NCBI GenBank assembly: GCA_963702845.1
Contig: OY969763.1
Coordinates: forward strand, 3,904,001-3,968,000
Origin: an uncultured Verrucomicrobiae bacterium
Lineage (GTDB): Bacteria; Verrucomicrobiota; Verrucomicrobiia; Limisphaerales; Palsa-1400
Length of the DNA: 64,000 nucleotides
Direction of reading: 5' to 3'
Under the pieces are notes generated by a model that was not told the origin of the DNA, did not search any database, and saw only the letters and a list, made by a program, of their open reading frames with translations. Positions 11,139 to 20,183 of the stretch are shown one piece after another; positions within the stretch are counted from its first letter, which is position 1; every line of letters begins with the position of its first letter. The position numbers were made by a program, and so were the translations under genes.

Positions 11139-13031
11139 ATGTGCGGCATCACCGGAATCGTAGACACAAAAGCACCGATAGATCGCGACGTCTTGTCGCG
11201 CATGGCCAACGCCTTGCACCATCGCGGCCCGGACGACGAGAGCTACTATATTTCTGATCCCAAATCCGGTCGTGCCAACGTCGGTTTCGGATTTCGCCGC
11301 CTTTCCATCATCGACCTCAGTGGCGGGCGCCAACCGATGTGCAACGAAGACGGCACACTCTGGCTGGTCTGTAACGGCGAGATTTACAACTTCCTCGAAC
11401 TCAAAACGCGCCTCGTCGCAAGCGGCCACAAATTCAAAACCGGTTCCGACGTCGAAGTCCTGCTCCACCTTTACGAAGAGCACGGCGAAGATTGCATCCA
11501 ACACGTCAACGGCATGTTCGCCTTTGCGATTTGGGACGCGACCAACCAGAAGCTGTTCCTCGGCCGCGATCGCCTTGGCAAAAAACCGCTCTATTATCGC
11601 GACGCCCCAACGCACATCATCTTCGGTTCCGAAGTCAAAGCGCTCCTGCAATACCCGCAGTGCCCGCGCGAATTGGATTCCGCCAGCCTGAGTAAATATT
11701 TGGCTTACGAATACGTCCCCGCGCCACACTGCATTTTCAAGGGCGTCCACAAACTTCCAGCCGGCCACTGCCTGAGTTGGACCAACGGCAAGACCACCGT
11801 TCGTCAGTATTGGGACGTGCAGTTTGGAAAAGTAACTGTTGGGTCCAATGAAAATGAAATCGCCGAACAGCTACGCGAACGGCTGAAAGAATCGGTTCGT
11901 TTGCGCCTCATCAGCGACGTTCCGCTCGGCGTCTTTCTTAGCGGCGGAATCGATTCCAGTTCCGTCGTCGCGCTCATGTCCGAGTTGCGCCCGGCTAAAA
12001 ACATCAAAACGTTCGCTATCGGCTTCGATGTCGCGTCGTTTGACGAATCGCATCATGCGCGGCGAATCGCCGAGTTTTTTGGCACCGATCATCAAGAGCA
12101 CATTTTCAAAAGCAGCACGCTCATCGAAACGTTGCCCGATGTCGCTGCATTTATGGACGAGCCGTTGGGTGACGCCTCCATCGTGCCCACTTACCTGCTC
12201 TCAAAATTTACCCGCGAGCACGTGACCGTTGCGCTTGGCGGCGACGGCGGCGACGAACTGTTCGCCGGCTATCCAACCTTCCAGGCCGATCGAGCCGCGC
12301 GACTGTGTCCGTTATCAGCCGCAGTAAAAACTCTCGCAACACCGATCGCAAACCTGCTGCGCTCATCCGGTGAGAACTTCAGTCTCGATTTCAAGGTAAA
12401 ACAATTTCTACGCGGACTCGGTCATCCCGCTGAAATTCGCAATCAACGATGGCTCGGCTCATTTACGCCAGACGAACAACGTGAACTGCTGGTGGCCGGT
12501 AGCCCAATCGACAATTACGACGACATCGCTCAAGCAACCGCAAATTCCGCAACCAGCGACGCCATCGACCGACTGACCTACTTTTACTGCAAGTTCTACC
12601 TGCAAGACGACATCCTCACCAAAGTCGATCGCGCAAGCATGGCGTGCTCCTTGGAAGTGCGCGCTCCCTTCCTCGATTACACATTCGTCGAATTTGCCAA
12701 CAGCATCCCGTCACACCTGAAACTTCGCGGCTTGACCACCAAATACATCCTGAAGAAAGCCATGGCCGGCAAACTGCCGCAGGACATCATCGGCCGCGGC
12801 AAGAAAGGTTTCGGAATTCCCGTCGCCAAATGGTTCCGCAACGAGATGCGCGACATGGTCGCCGATTACTTCTCCGAAACCCGCATCCGCCAGCAAGGCA
12901 TCTTTAACGAGCGCACCATCTCACGCCTCTGGCACGAACATCAAAGCGGCCGCCATGACCATCGCAAACAACTCTGGACGTTGTTCATGTTCCAACTCTG
13001 GTTCGACAAATACATGCACGGTAATTCGTAG
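11139..13031 (+). CDS. asnB: Asparagine synthase (glutamine-hydrolysing) family amidotransferase
   Basis: MCGITG Ntn start, HRGPD, RLSIID, FLSGGIDSS, GDGGDELFAGY. Confidence 0.92.
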   Translation: MCGITGIVDTKAPIDRDVLSRMANALHHRGPDDESYYISDPKSGRANVGFGFRRLSIIDLSGGRQPMCNEDGTLWLVCNGEIYNFLELKTRLVASGHKFKTGSDVEVLLHLYEEHGEDCIQHVNGMFAFAIWDATNQKLFLGRDRLGKKPLYYRDAPTHIIFGSEVKALLQYPQCPRELDSASLSKYLAYEYVPAPHCIFKGVHKLPAGHCLSWTNGKTTVRQYWDVQFGKVTVGSNENEIAEQLRERLKESVRLRLISDVPLGVFLSGGIDSSSVVALMSELRPAKNIKTFAIGFDVASFDESHHARRIAEFFGTDHQEHIFKSSTLIETLPDVAAFMDEPLGDASIVPTYLLSKFTREHVTVALGGDGGDELFAGYPTFQADRAARLCPLSAAVKTLATPIANLLRSSGENFSLDFKVKQFLRGLGHPAEIRNQRWLGSFTPDEQRELLVAGSPIDNYDDIAQATANSATSDAIDRLTYFYCKFYLQDDILTKVDRASMACSLEVRAPFLDYTFVEFANSIPSHLKLRGLTTKYILKKAMAGKLPQDIIGRGKKGFGIPVAKWFRNEMRDMVADYFSETRIRQQGIFNERTISRLWHEHQSGRHDHRKQLWTLFMFQLWFDKYMHGNS

Positions 13032-13034
13032 AAT

Positions 13035-13062
13035 TTTCAAATCTGAAATCTCAAATTTCAAA
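13035..13062 (+). repeat. Degenerate heptamer tandem TYTSAAA x4
   Basis: tttcaaa tctgaaa tctcaaa tttcaaa immediately after the asnB stop. Confidence 0.7.
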
Positions 13063-13177
13063 TTGCGGAGCCCAGGCCGCATCACTCTTTACATAAGCAG
13101 TCATTTCATGTCACCACCTCATCGCGCTCCAGGGCGCATTGGGTTCGCCCAACCGCTCTTTGACATCAATGTTTATC

Positions 13178-13290
13178 AAACGGTCATCGAAGGTTCATTC
13201 AAGGCTCACAGAAGCCTCATGGAAAATGCAGGAAACTGAGGCAAAATGAGCCGAAATGCCTTGAAATGAACCTTCCCGAGAAAAAAAATT
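13178..13290 (+). repeat. Phased 10-11 bp repeat array with nested inverted repeats, ending in an A-tract (array A)
   Basis: TCA cores every 11 bp, then AAMTG cores every 10 bp; gaaggttcattcaaggc (13189-13205) pairs with gccttgaaatgaaccttc (13258-13275). Confidence 0.7.
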
Positions 13291-13348
13291 CACCGAATCA
13301 ATTTTCTCGCGTGTGCCAGCAGTGATTGCATACTTTTGCTCGAACTAA

Positions 13349-14113
13349 ATGGAGCCCAAACTCCCCATTTCCGTCTGCCTCATTTCCGGCGCTGAAGCCC
13401 ATCGCATCGGCCAGGCGCTCAAGAGCGTCGCCGACTGGACCAGCGAAATCGTTGTCGTCCTGAACGAAAACGTTAGCGATGGCACGGATAAGATTGCTGA
13501 GTCGTTTGGCGCGAAAGTGTTTCGTGAACCGTGGCGCGGTTTCATCAAACAGAAAAACTCCGCTTCCGACAAAGCGACCCAGCCGTGGATCCTCGGTATC
13601 GATGCTGACGAAGTTGTGTCTGACTCCCTCCGTGCCGAAATTGCAGCGACACTGAAATCTGCAACCTGTGCCGCCTACGAATTTCCCCGTTGCACCTTTT
13701 TCTTCGACCGCTGGATACGCCACGGCGATTACTACCCAGATCGCGTCACGCGTTTGTGGCGAAAAGACTGCGCGCACTGGGCCGGCATCGAACCACACGC
13801 GCACCTCGACGTGCAAGGCGAAATCGGCCGGCTTAAGTCCGACCTGCTCCACTACAGCAACGAAAGCATCGATCGCCAGATCGCAAAAATTGCGCCATAT
13901 AGCGATGACTTCGTTCAGGATTACATCGCAAAAAACAAACATGTCAGCGCGCTCGACTTGGTTGGCCGTCCGTTCTGGCGTTTCTTTCGCTCGTATATTT
14001 TACGTCGCGGCTTTCTCGACGGTCGCCCCGGACTTTACATCGCAAGTCTCACCGCGTTTTCGACCCTCACGCGCTACATGAAAGTTCTGGAAGCGCGGCA
14101 AAAACCGAAGTGA
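13349..14113 (+). CDS. GT2 glycosyltransferase (LPS core beta-1,4-glucosyltransferase/WaaE-like)
   Basis: SEIVVV..SDGT, WRGFIKQKN, WILGIDADE, RRGFLDG. Confidence 0.85.
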   Translation: MEPKLPISVCLISGAEAHRIGQALKSVADWTSEIVVVLNENVSDGTDKIAESFGAKVFREPWRGFIKQKNSASDKATQPWILGIDADEVVSDSLRAEIAATLKSATCAAYEFPRCTFFFDRWIRHGDYYPDRVTRLWRKDCAHWAGIEPHAHLDVQGEIGRLKSDLLHYSNESIDRQIAKIAPYSDDFVQDYIAKNKHVSALDLVGRPFWRFFRSYILRRGFLDGRPGLYIASLTAFSTLTRYMKVLEARQKPK

Positions 14114-14913
14114 AACCGAGCATCGCACTGGTCATCAACACGTATCAGCAGCCCGAATACCTCGGTCGCGTGCTTCGTGCTGTGTCGGCGCAATGCGATG
14201 CGCCGGATGAACTCTGGGTCGCCGAAGACGACACGCACGCGCAAACGGCGGAGGTATTCAAAGCGTGGTTTAAATCACAAAAAATTCCCGGGGGTCACGC
14301 CAGCCAGGAACACCATGGGTTTCGTCGCTCCAGCATACTTAACGAAGCTATCGCGCGGGCAAAAGCCAACTACGTTGTCTTTCTCGACGGCGACACATTA
14401 CCGCATCCCCAATTCATTTCCGATCACCGCGCACTCGCGCAATCAGGAATGTTCGTCCAAGGCCACCGCGCGCTAATTGAAAAAAAAGCCGCCAAATACT
14501 TCGGCCTCCACAACTTCGCCAGTGACCGTCGAAAAGCATTACTAAGTTTCCAACTGCGCGGCCTCAAACACGCCTATCGCTGGCCGGTTCCGCAGAAGCG
14601 CACTCGGTCCGACTTGCACGGCATTCGTGGCTGCAACCTCGGCATTTGGCGTTGTGATTTACTCAAAGTGAACGGCTACAACGAAGCGTTCGTAGGCTGG
14701 GGCCGAGAAGATTCCGAGCTCGCAGTGCGTCTGATGAACTCCGGCATTCAGCGTATGGACGTGCGCGGACGCGCCATGTGCTACCACCTCTGGCATCCGC
14801 CGGCCAGTCGCGCCGGGCTCGCCACCAACGACAACTTGCTCCAACAAGCTATCGACACAAAAGCGCGCCGCTGCGAAACAGGCTTGGCCAAACACGCGCC
14901 GCAACCTGCCTGA
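14110..14913 (+). CDS. GT2 glycosyltransferase with galactosyltransferase-like C-terminal motif
   Basis: YVVFLDGD, RGCNLG, VNGYNEAFVGWGREDSE, YHLWH. Confidence 0.85.
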   Translation: MKPSIALVINTYQQPEYLGRVLRAVSAQCDAPDELWVAEDDTHAQTAEVFKAWFKSQKIPGGHASQEHHGFRRSSILNEAIARAKANYVVFLDGDTLPHPQFISDHRALAQSGMFVQGHRALIEKKAAKYFGLHNFASDRRKALLSFQLRGLKHAYRWPVPQKRTRSDLHGIRGCNLGIWRCDLLKVNGYNEAFVGWGREDSELAVRLMNSGIQRMDVRGRAMCYHLWHPPASRAGLATNDNLLQQAIDTKARRCETGLAKHAPQPA

Positions 14914-14916
14914 GTC

Positions 14917-16077
14917 ATGTCACCACTGCGCATTATTCATCTGAACTCCTTGCTCACCGGCGGCGGCACGGATGATCAATGCGTCAAAGTTGCTCATGGT
15001 CTGCAACAACTGGGACAAGACGTTCGCATCGCCGGTCCCGAAGGACGCTATTTTTCCAAAGTCATCCTTGAATTGAACGTGCCGTTCCGCAATACCGGCA
15101 ATACCAAATCGAAGATCAAATTCGTCGTGCGCGCCGCGAAATTCATTCGCGAACACAAACCGCACATCGTGCACGGACACCATGGTCGAGACATTTGGCC
15201 GACGATTCTCGCAACGCGACTTTCTGGCATTCGGCCAAAACTCGTCCTCACGCGGCACATGGCCAAAAGCCCCAGTTCTTGGGCAAGCCGCAATTTCATC
15301 TTGGCTCAATGCGACGCCTTGATCGCCGTTTCAAAATTCGTTGAAAAAATCCTGACCAAAGGCATGGACGACCGCAGGTCACCGGAACACGAGCGCTGGC
15401 ATCGACCTCCGATACTGGGCGACTACAAAAAAATTCATGTGATTCGTCCCGGCATCGACACGAACAAATTTCGGCCCGCACATGCTGAAGCAATGCGCAA
15501 GCAACTCGGTTTGCAACCAGAGCACTTCGCTTTCGCAGTGACCGGCGGTTACGACCTCCCGCGCGGCAAAGGTCAGCGCGAATTCCTCCGCGCCGCCGCA
15601 TCGATTCACAACAAAATCGTAAATGCTCGTTTCCTCATCATCGGCCGCGGCAACATGGAATCGATTCTCAAGGCCGACATCGACCAACTCGGCCTGCAAG
15701 GTAAGGCCTGGCTCACCGGCCAAATGTCCGACATGCCGCAAGTGATGAACGCGATCGATTGCCTGGTGCATCCGCAAATCGGCACCGAAGCCCTCGGCCT
15801 CGTTCTCTGCGAAGCCCACGCCTGCGGCAAACCGGTCATCGCCAGCGATCTCGACGGCATCCCCGAAGCCTTCGCCGCCGGCAACCTCGGCCAACTCGTT
15901 CCGCCCGAGGATGTCAACAAACTCGCCGAAGCGATGTTTGCTCAAATCAACGCTCCTCTGCCCACCGACGCGCAAAAAAACGAAATGCACGCCCGCGTCG
16001 GAGCGCAGTTCTCGTTGCAACGTGCCGCCACCGAAACTCTGGCTCTCTATCGCGAACTCGTCGGCGCAAAAATCTGA
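14917..16077 (+). CDS. GT4 glycosyltransferase
   Basis: KGQREFL, EALGLVLCEAHACGKPVIAS. Confidence 0.9.
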   Translation: MSPLRIIHLNSLLTGGGTDDQCVKVAHGLQQLGQDVRIAGPEGRYFSKVILELNVPFRNTGNTKSKIKFVVRAAKFIREHKPHIVHGHHGRDIWPTILATRLSGIRPKLVLTRHMAKSPSSWASRNFILAQCDALIAVSKFVEKILTKGMDDRRSPEHERWHRPPILGDYKKIHVIRPGIDTNKFRPAHAEAMRKQLGLQPEHFAFAVTGGYDLPRGKGQREFLRAAASIHNKIVNARFLIIGRGNMESILKADIDQLGLQGKAWLTGQMSDMPQVMNAIDCLVHPQIGTEALGLVLCEAHACGKPVIASDLDGIPEAFAAGNLGQLVPPEDVNKLAEAMFAQINAPLPTDAQKNEMHARVGAQFSLQRAATETLALYRELVGAKI

Positions 16078-16129
16078 ACGGATTTATTTGATAGAACCGC
16101 TTTGTTCCGGTATGACTTCACCGCATAGC

Positions 16130-16780
16130 ATGCATTGGTTCGCTCAGATTGAACCTTTTACGAGCCACCCCGGGTTGGGAGCGCTCATCGGATACCTTTT
16201 TGGCTGTTTCACCACTGGATATTATTTAGTGCGTTGGCGCACCGGTCAGGACATTCGCCAAATCGGTAGCGGCAGTTGCGGCGCACGCAATGTCGGTCGT
16301 CAACTCGGCAAAGTCGGCTTCTTCCTCACGCTCCTCGGAGACTTTTGGAAAGGCGCTGCTGCAGTTCTTCTAACTCGTTACCTCACCGCAAACGAAACCG
16401 CGATTCTGTTGACGATCATCGGCGTTGTCGTAGGGCACATATGGCCGATTCAACTAGGATTCCACGGCGGCAAAGGTGTTGCCACCTGCATGGGCGCACT
16501 TAGCTTCTTCGCGTTCAGTCTCGCGATTTCCTACTGCGCGCTCGCCGTTCTCGGCATCATCATTTTTCGCAAGAGTGTCATTCCGGGATTGATCGCTTTT
16601 GCGCTTCTGCCGGCCGTTGCCTACTTCCTGAAGTTCGACACCCGATCCCTCGCGGCGATTTCCGTTCTTGCCTCTATTATTTTGACTGCTCACTATCGCA
16701 ACGTGATTCAGGAGATCAACCAATTGCTGCCGCGACATGGCAAAGTCGAGGTGCAACCCAAGGCAGAATCAACCAAATGA
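16130..16780 (+). CDS. plsY: Glycerol-3-phosphate acyltransferase PlsY family (divergent paralog)
   Basis: GYLFG, DIRQIGSGSCGARNVGR, GHIWP..FHGGKGVAT, HYRN; alternative start at 16112. Confidence 0.8.
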   Translation: MHWFAQIEPFTSHPGLGALIGYLFGCFTTGYYLVRWRTGQDIRQIGSGSCGARNVGRQLGKVGFFLTLLGDFWKGAAAVLLTRYLTANETAILLTIIGVVVGHIWPIQLGFHGGKGVATCMGALSFFAFSLAISYCALAVLGIIIFRKSVIPGLIAFALLPAVAYFLKFDTRSLAAISVLASIILTAHYRNVIQEINQLLPRHGKVEVQPKAESTK

Positions 16781-18423
16781 ACATTAACGACCGCCCTCCG
16801 CTCCATTTCAAAATTGCGTCGGAAGAATCGGAGTTCGAGCAAATCCACCAGCTCAATTACAAAACTTTCGTCGAAGAAATTCCACAGCATCAACCTTCGA
16901 CCACTCCACGCCTCGTGGACAAATTTCACGCCGAGAACACGTATCTGATCTGCCTGTGCGGCGGTCAACTCGTCGGTATGATGGCAGTGCGTGGCAATCG
17001 TCCTTTTTCGCTCGATCAAAAACTTGCCAAGCTCGATGAACATCTGCCGCAACGTCAGAAGCCTTGCGAGATTCGACTCCTCGCCGTTGAAAAAGAGTTT
17101 CGTTCCGGCCAGGTCTTTCGCGGCCTCCTGGCGCTCCTTTGGCAACACGGCCTTGAACGCGGCTACGACCTCTGCGTCATCTCCGGCACCACCCGCCAAA
17201 CCAAACTTTATCGTCACCTCGGCTTCGCCCCCTTCGGTCCGCTCCTCGGCACTGGCGATGCCATGTTCCAGCCGATGTATATCACGTTGGAAACGTTCGA
17301 GAATTATGCCGAAGAATTTTTTCGGGCAGGGTTAAAACAATCCGGCCCCGCTAATTTCCTGCCCGGCCCCGTCGCGATTCACAAGGAGGTCCGCAAAGCG
17401 TTCGAGCAAATGCCGCAATCGCATCGCAGCGACGGTTTCATGGCGGAAGTGCAGGAGTTGAAAAACCGCCTGTGCGCAATGGTCAGTGCCAGGCACGTTC
17501 AAATCCTCCTCGGCTCCGGCACACTCGGCAACGACACCGTCGCCGCGCAACTTTCTCTGGAATCCAATCCCGGGCTCGTCATCAGTAACGGCGAATTCGG
17601 CGATCGCCTCGCCGATCACGCCAAACGCATGGGACTGACTTTCGACACGCTAAAACTTCCGTGGGGGCAACCCTACGACCTGGCCGCAATCAAACATTTT
17701 CTTCAACGCGCTCCAAGTGTTGGCTGGATTTGGTGTGTTCACGGCGAAACGTCGGTCGGCATGCTCAATCCCTTGGAGGCTCTGAAACAAATTTGCGCCA
17801 GACACAAAATCAAATTGGCGGTCGATTGCATCAGCACGATCGGCCTCCTGCCCGTGAATCTCGAGGGCGTGTTTCTCGCCACGTGCGCCAGCGGCAAAGG
17901 CCTTGGCTCCTATCCCGGTCTCTCGCTCGTTTTCTATCAACAGGAAATAGTGCCCGCGCCGAAGCTCCCCCGTTATCTCGACCTTGGCCTCTACGCGAAG
18001 TGCAATGGCATCGCATTCACCCATTCATCGAATCTCCTGCACGCGCTCGATGCCGCCATCAAACGAGTCAATTGGGTTCAGAAATACAAAGAGGTTGGTG
18101 AAACCAGCGCCTGGTTGCGCAGTCGCTTGCGCGAATCCGGCTTTGATTTGATCGCTTCCGAAGAGCACGCCGCGCCGGGTGTCGTCACCATCACGTTGCC
18201 TGCGGAAATCAATTCCTCCGACTTCAGCGCGCAATTGCAACAAGCCGGTTACCTTGTCAGTTCCGGCAGCGATTACCTTCGGACACGGAACTGGATCCAG
18301 ATCTGTTTGATGGGCGAATACTCGCGTCAGAAAATCAACGAGCTCCTTTACTGGATGAAACGCTTTGCTTCGCCCAAAGAGAAAACAGCAAGCAAGCCCG
18401 AAGCGCAACCGGCTGTTCGTTAG
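16777..18423 (+). CDS. Fusion of N-terminal GNAT/FeeM-like acyltransferase and C-terminal class V PLP aminotransferase
   Basis: EIRLLAVEKEFR and LYRHLGF in the first ~180 aa; then NFLPGP, GSGT, NGEFG, HGETSVG, VDCIS, PLP-Lys SGKG; single uninterrupted ORF. Confidence 0.8.
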   Translation: MNINDRPPLHFKIASEESEFEQIHQLNYKTFVEEIPQHQPSTTPRLVDKFHAENTYLICLCGGQLVGMMAVRGNRPFSLDQKLAKLDEHLPQRQKPCEIRLLAVEKEFRSGQVFRGLLALLWQHGLERGYDLCVISGTTRQTKLYRHLGFAPFGPLLGTGDAMFQPMYITLETFENYAEEFFRAGLKQSGPANFLPGPVAIHKEVRKAFEQMPQSHRSDGFMAEVQELKNRLCAMVSARHVQILLGSGTLGNDTVAAQLSLESNPGLVISNGEFGDRLADHAKRMGLTFDTLKLPWGQPYDLAAIKHFLQRAPSVGWIWCVHGETSVGMLNPLEALKQICARHKIKLAVDCISTIGLLPVNLEGVFLATCASGKGLGSYPGLSLVFYQQEIVPAPKLPRYLDLGLYAKCNGIAFTHSSNLLHALDAAIKRVNWVQKYKEVGETSAWLRSRLRESGFDLIASEEHAAPGVVTITLPAEINSSDFSAQLQQAGYLVSSGSDYLRTRNWIQICLMGEYSRQKINELLYWMKRFASPKEKTASKPEAQPAVR

Positions 18424-18463
18424 TCAGACGCTAATCATCTGAAAGAGTTCGCCGCGACGTTGC

Positions 18464-18781
18464 TCAATGTCCGCCCGTCACCGTGTATCCTTCACGTCGT
18501 AAATCCTCTGCCACATCCATCTCCATTTGCACCGCGTTTTCGTATGGCATTGGATTCAAGTGCTCATACAGATGTTTCAGCAGTCGGACGCCATATCGTT
18601 TCACCAACGACGCCGACTTAATCCCGGCTTTGTGATTGGCGAAGCGCTCCTCTGGCTTCAAGCCCGTCATGCCGACATACACGCACGGCTTCTGTGGATC
18701 ACGCTTCGGATTAACAGCGCGCACTTTGCGAAATTTCCCAACCACCGGATCAAGCAGCACGACGTAGACGTAGTGATGCAT
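18464..18781 (-). CDS. Small GIY-YIG-like protein
   Basis: YVYVV...VYVGMTG..PEERFANH...A.QME pattern. Confidence 0.55.
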   Translation of the reverse strand: MHHYVYVVLLDPVVGKFRKVRAVNPKRDPQKPCVYVGMTGLKPEERFANHKAGIKSASLVKRYGVRLLKHLYEHLNPMPYENAVQMEMDVAEDLRREGYTVTGGH

Positions 18782-18931
18782 CGCCGGTTCGCCTTTCGCG
18801 CGAAGTGCTCTGAACGTGCGCCGCTTCATCAGCATTTAACGTAAGGAAACTTCTTCCGATAACCAATCCGTGTTTCAGCGTTGAAATAAACTGCTACTGC
18901 AACCTGTTCGCATGCTGTAACGTCTCAACTT

Positions 18932-19810
18932 GTGAAAATGAATCAGATTGTTCGTAGAAATCTCGTTCTCTGTATCGTCGCACTACTGCTGACCTTCACC
19001 ACCTTTGTCACAGCCGCCGAGAGCACGGCCGCCGCAGACCAACTCGGGTGGCAACTCGACATGCACGCCCGCACGTTGAAGAGCTACAACCTTTTCGATG
19101 CGATGGACAAAACCGCTGCACTCGGCATCAAGTATTTCAGTTTCTCCGCCAGCGTTCCGTTTGAAAGCACCACCCAAATCTCCGTTCTCAAACTCACCGA
19201 CGCGCAAATCAAGAAAATCAAAGAGCACGCCGCGAAAAAAGGCCTGACGTTCGTCAACGCCTACCTGCCGCTGACAGAAAACGAAGCCGAGTGCCGCAAG
19301 GGTTTCGAGTTTGCGCGAAAAATCGGTGTTGACGTCATTGTCAGTGAACCAAAGCCAGAGGCGTTAGACACGGTCGAAAAGCTTTGCAAAGAATATAACA
19401 TCAAAGTCGCCATCCATGACCATCCGCAGCCGTCGCACTACTGGAACCCGCAAACCGTTCTCGCTGCCATCAAAGGCCGCAGCGCTCTAATCGGCGCGTG
19501 CGCGGACACCGGCCACTGGGTCCGCTCCGGGCTCGACCCCGTCGATTGCCTCAAACAACTTCAAGGCCATATCATTTGTCTGCACTTTAAAGACTTGAAC
19601 GAAAAGAAGCGCACGGCTCACGATTCCCCTTGGGGCACGGGCGTCGGCAATGCGAAAGAAATGATGACAGAACTCAAGCGCCAGAACTTCAAAGGCGCCT
19701 TCTGCATCGAGTATGAATACAACTGGAATAACAATCTTCCCGAACTTGCGCAGTGCGCAAAATTCTTCAATGCAACTTGCGCTACGTTAGTTGAAAAGCA
19801 GACCAAATAA
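18932..19810 (+). CDS. Secreted sugar-phosphate isomerase/epimerase (xylose isomerase-like TIM barrel)
   Basis: Signal peptide; AIHDHP, CADTGHWVRSG, LHFKD, IEYE. Confidence 0.85.
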   Translation: MKMNQIVRRNLVLCIVALLLTFTTFVTAAESTAAADQLGWQLDMHARTLKSYNLFDAMDKTAALGIKYFSFSASVPFESTTQISVLKLTDAQIKKIKEHAAKKGLTFVNAYLPLTENEAECRKGFEFARKIGVDVIVSEPKPEALDTVEKLCKEYNIKVAIHDHPQPSHYWNPQTVLAAIKGRSALIGACADTGHWVRSGLDPVDCLKQLQGHIICLHFKDLNEKKRTAHDSPWGTGVGNAKEMMTELKRQNFKGAFCIEYEYNWNNNLPELAQCAKFFNATCATLVEKQTK

Positions 19811-19841
19811 CCAGTCGCGCTTTGCAGCGTTGCGACCGCTT

Positions 19842-20033
19842 CTACTGCTGTGGCTGCCTCTGACGCCAGATGTGGAACGCGCCTTGGCCGATCCAGAAGA
19901 AGCCCAAGCCGTCAAAGAAGATGCTCAAGATTCCGAAATCGCCGAGAAATATCGAGTCGCCCATGGCCAACCCAATGCCGATAAGGACTATGCCTGCAAT
20001 AATGCTTTTCATAGATTTGAAAACAGGATGCAT
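19842..20033 (-). CDS. Small two-TM hypothetical membrane protein
   Basis: 63 aa ORF filling an intergenic gap, two hydrophobic segments. Confidence 0.5.
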   Translation of the reverse strand: MHPVFKSMKSIIAGIVLIGIGLAMGDSIFLGDFGILSIFFDGLGFFWIGQGAFHIWRQRQPQQ

Positions 20034-20101
20034 TTCTTATGCCAACAAAGGGCACAATTCTATTGACAGAATGGAGGGTGTCGCACGTGGCATTTGTCCA
20101 A

Positions 20102-20136
20102 AAGGCTCGGCGGGAGCCTCACCCTACCGCACCAAA
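20102..20136 (+). repeat. REP-like palindromic unit (GGCTC-GGCGG-GAGCC-TCACCCTACC)
   Basis: Short hairpin aggctc/gagcct in an intergenic region; resembles dispersed PVC-phylum repeats. Confidence 0.45.
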
Positions 20137-20183
20137 TAAAGATTAACCTTCCAACGTCTAACCCTACTGACTATTAAATCTCT

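Noticed and set aside
10092..11768. 558 aa minus-strand ORF and similar long antisense ORFs (2536..3465, 43390..44382, 54041..54745)
   Set aside because: Shadow frames opposite well-supported genes, with no recognisable motifs
13108..13239. 43 aa ORF running through array A
   Set aside because: The equivalent frame in array B is closed by a stop just upstream, so the shared signal looks nucleotide-level
15911..16129. N-terminal extensions of PlsY, ExbD (20642) and paralog 2 (55071) in the ORF track
   Set aside because: They overlap upstream genes in another frame; downstream starts match family N-termini
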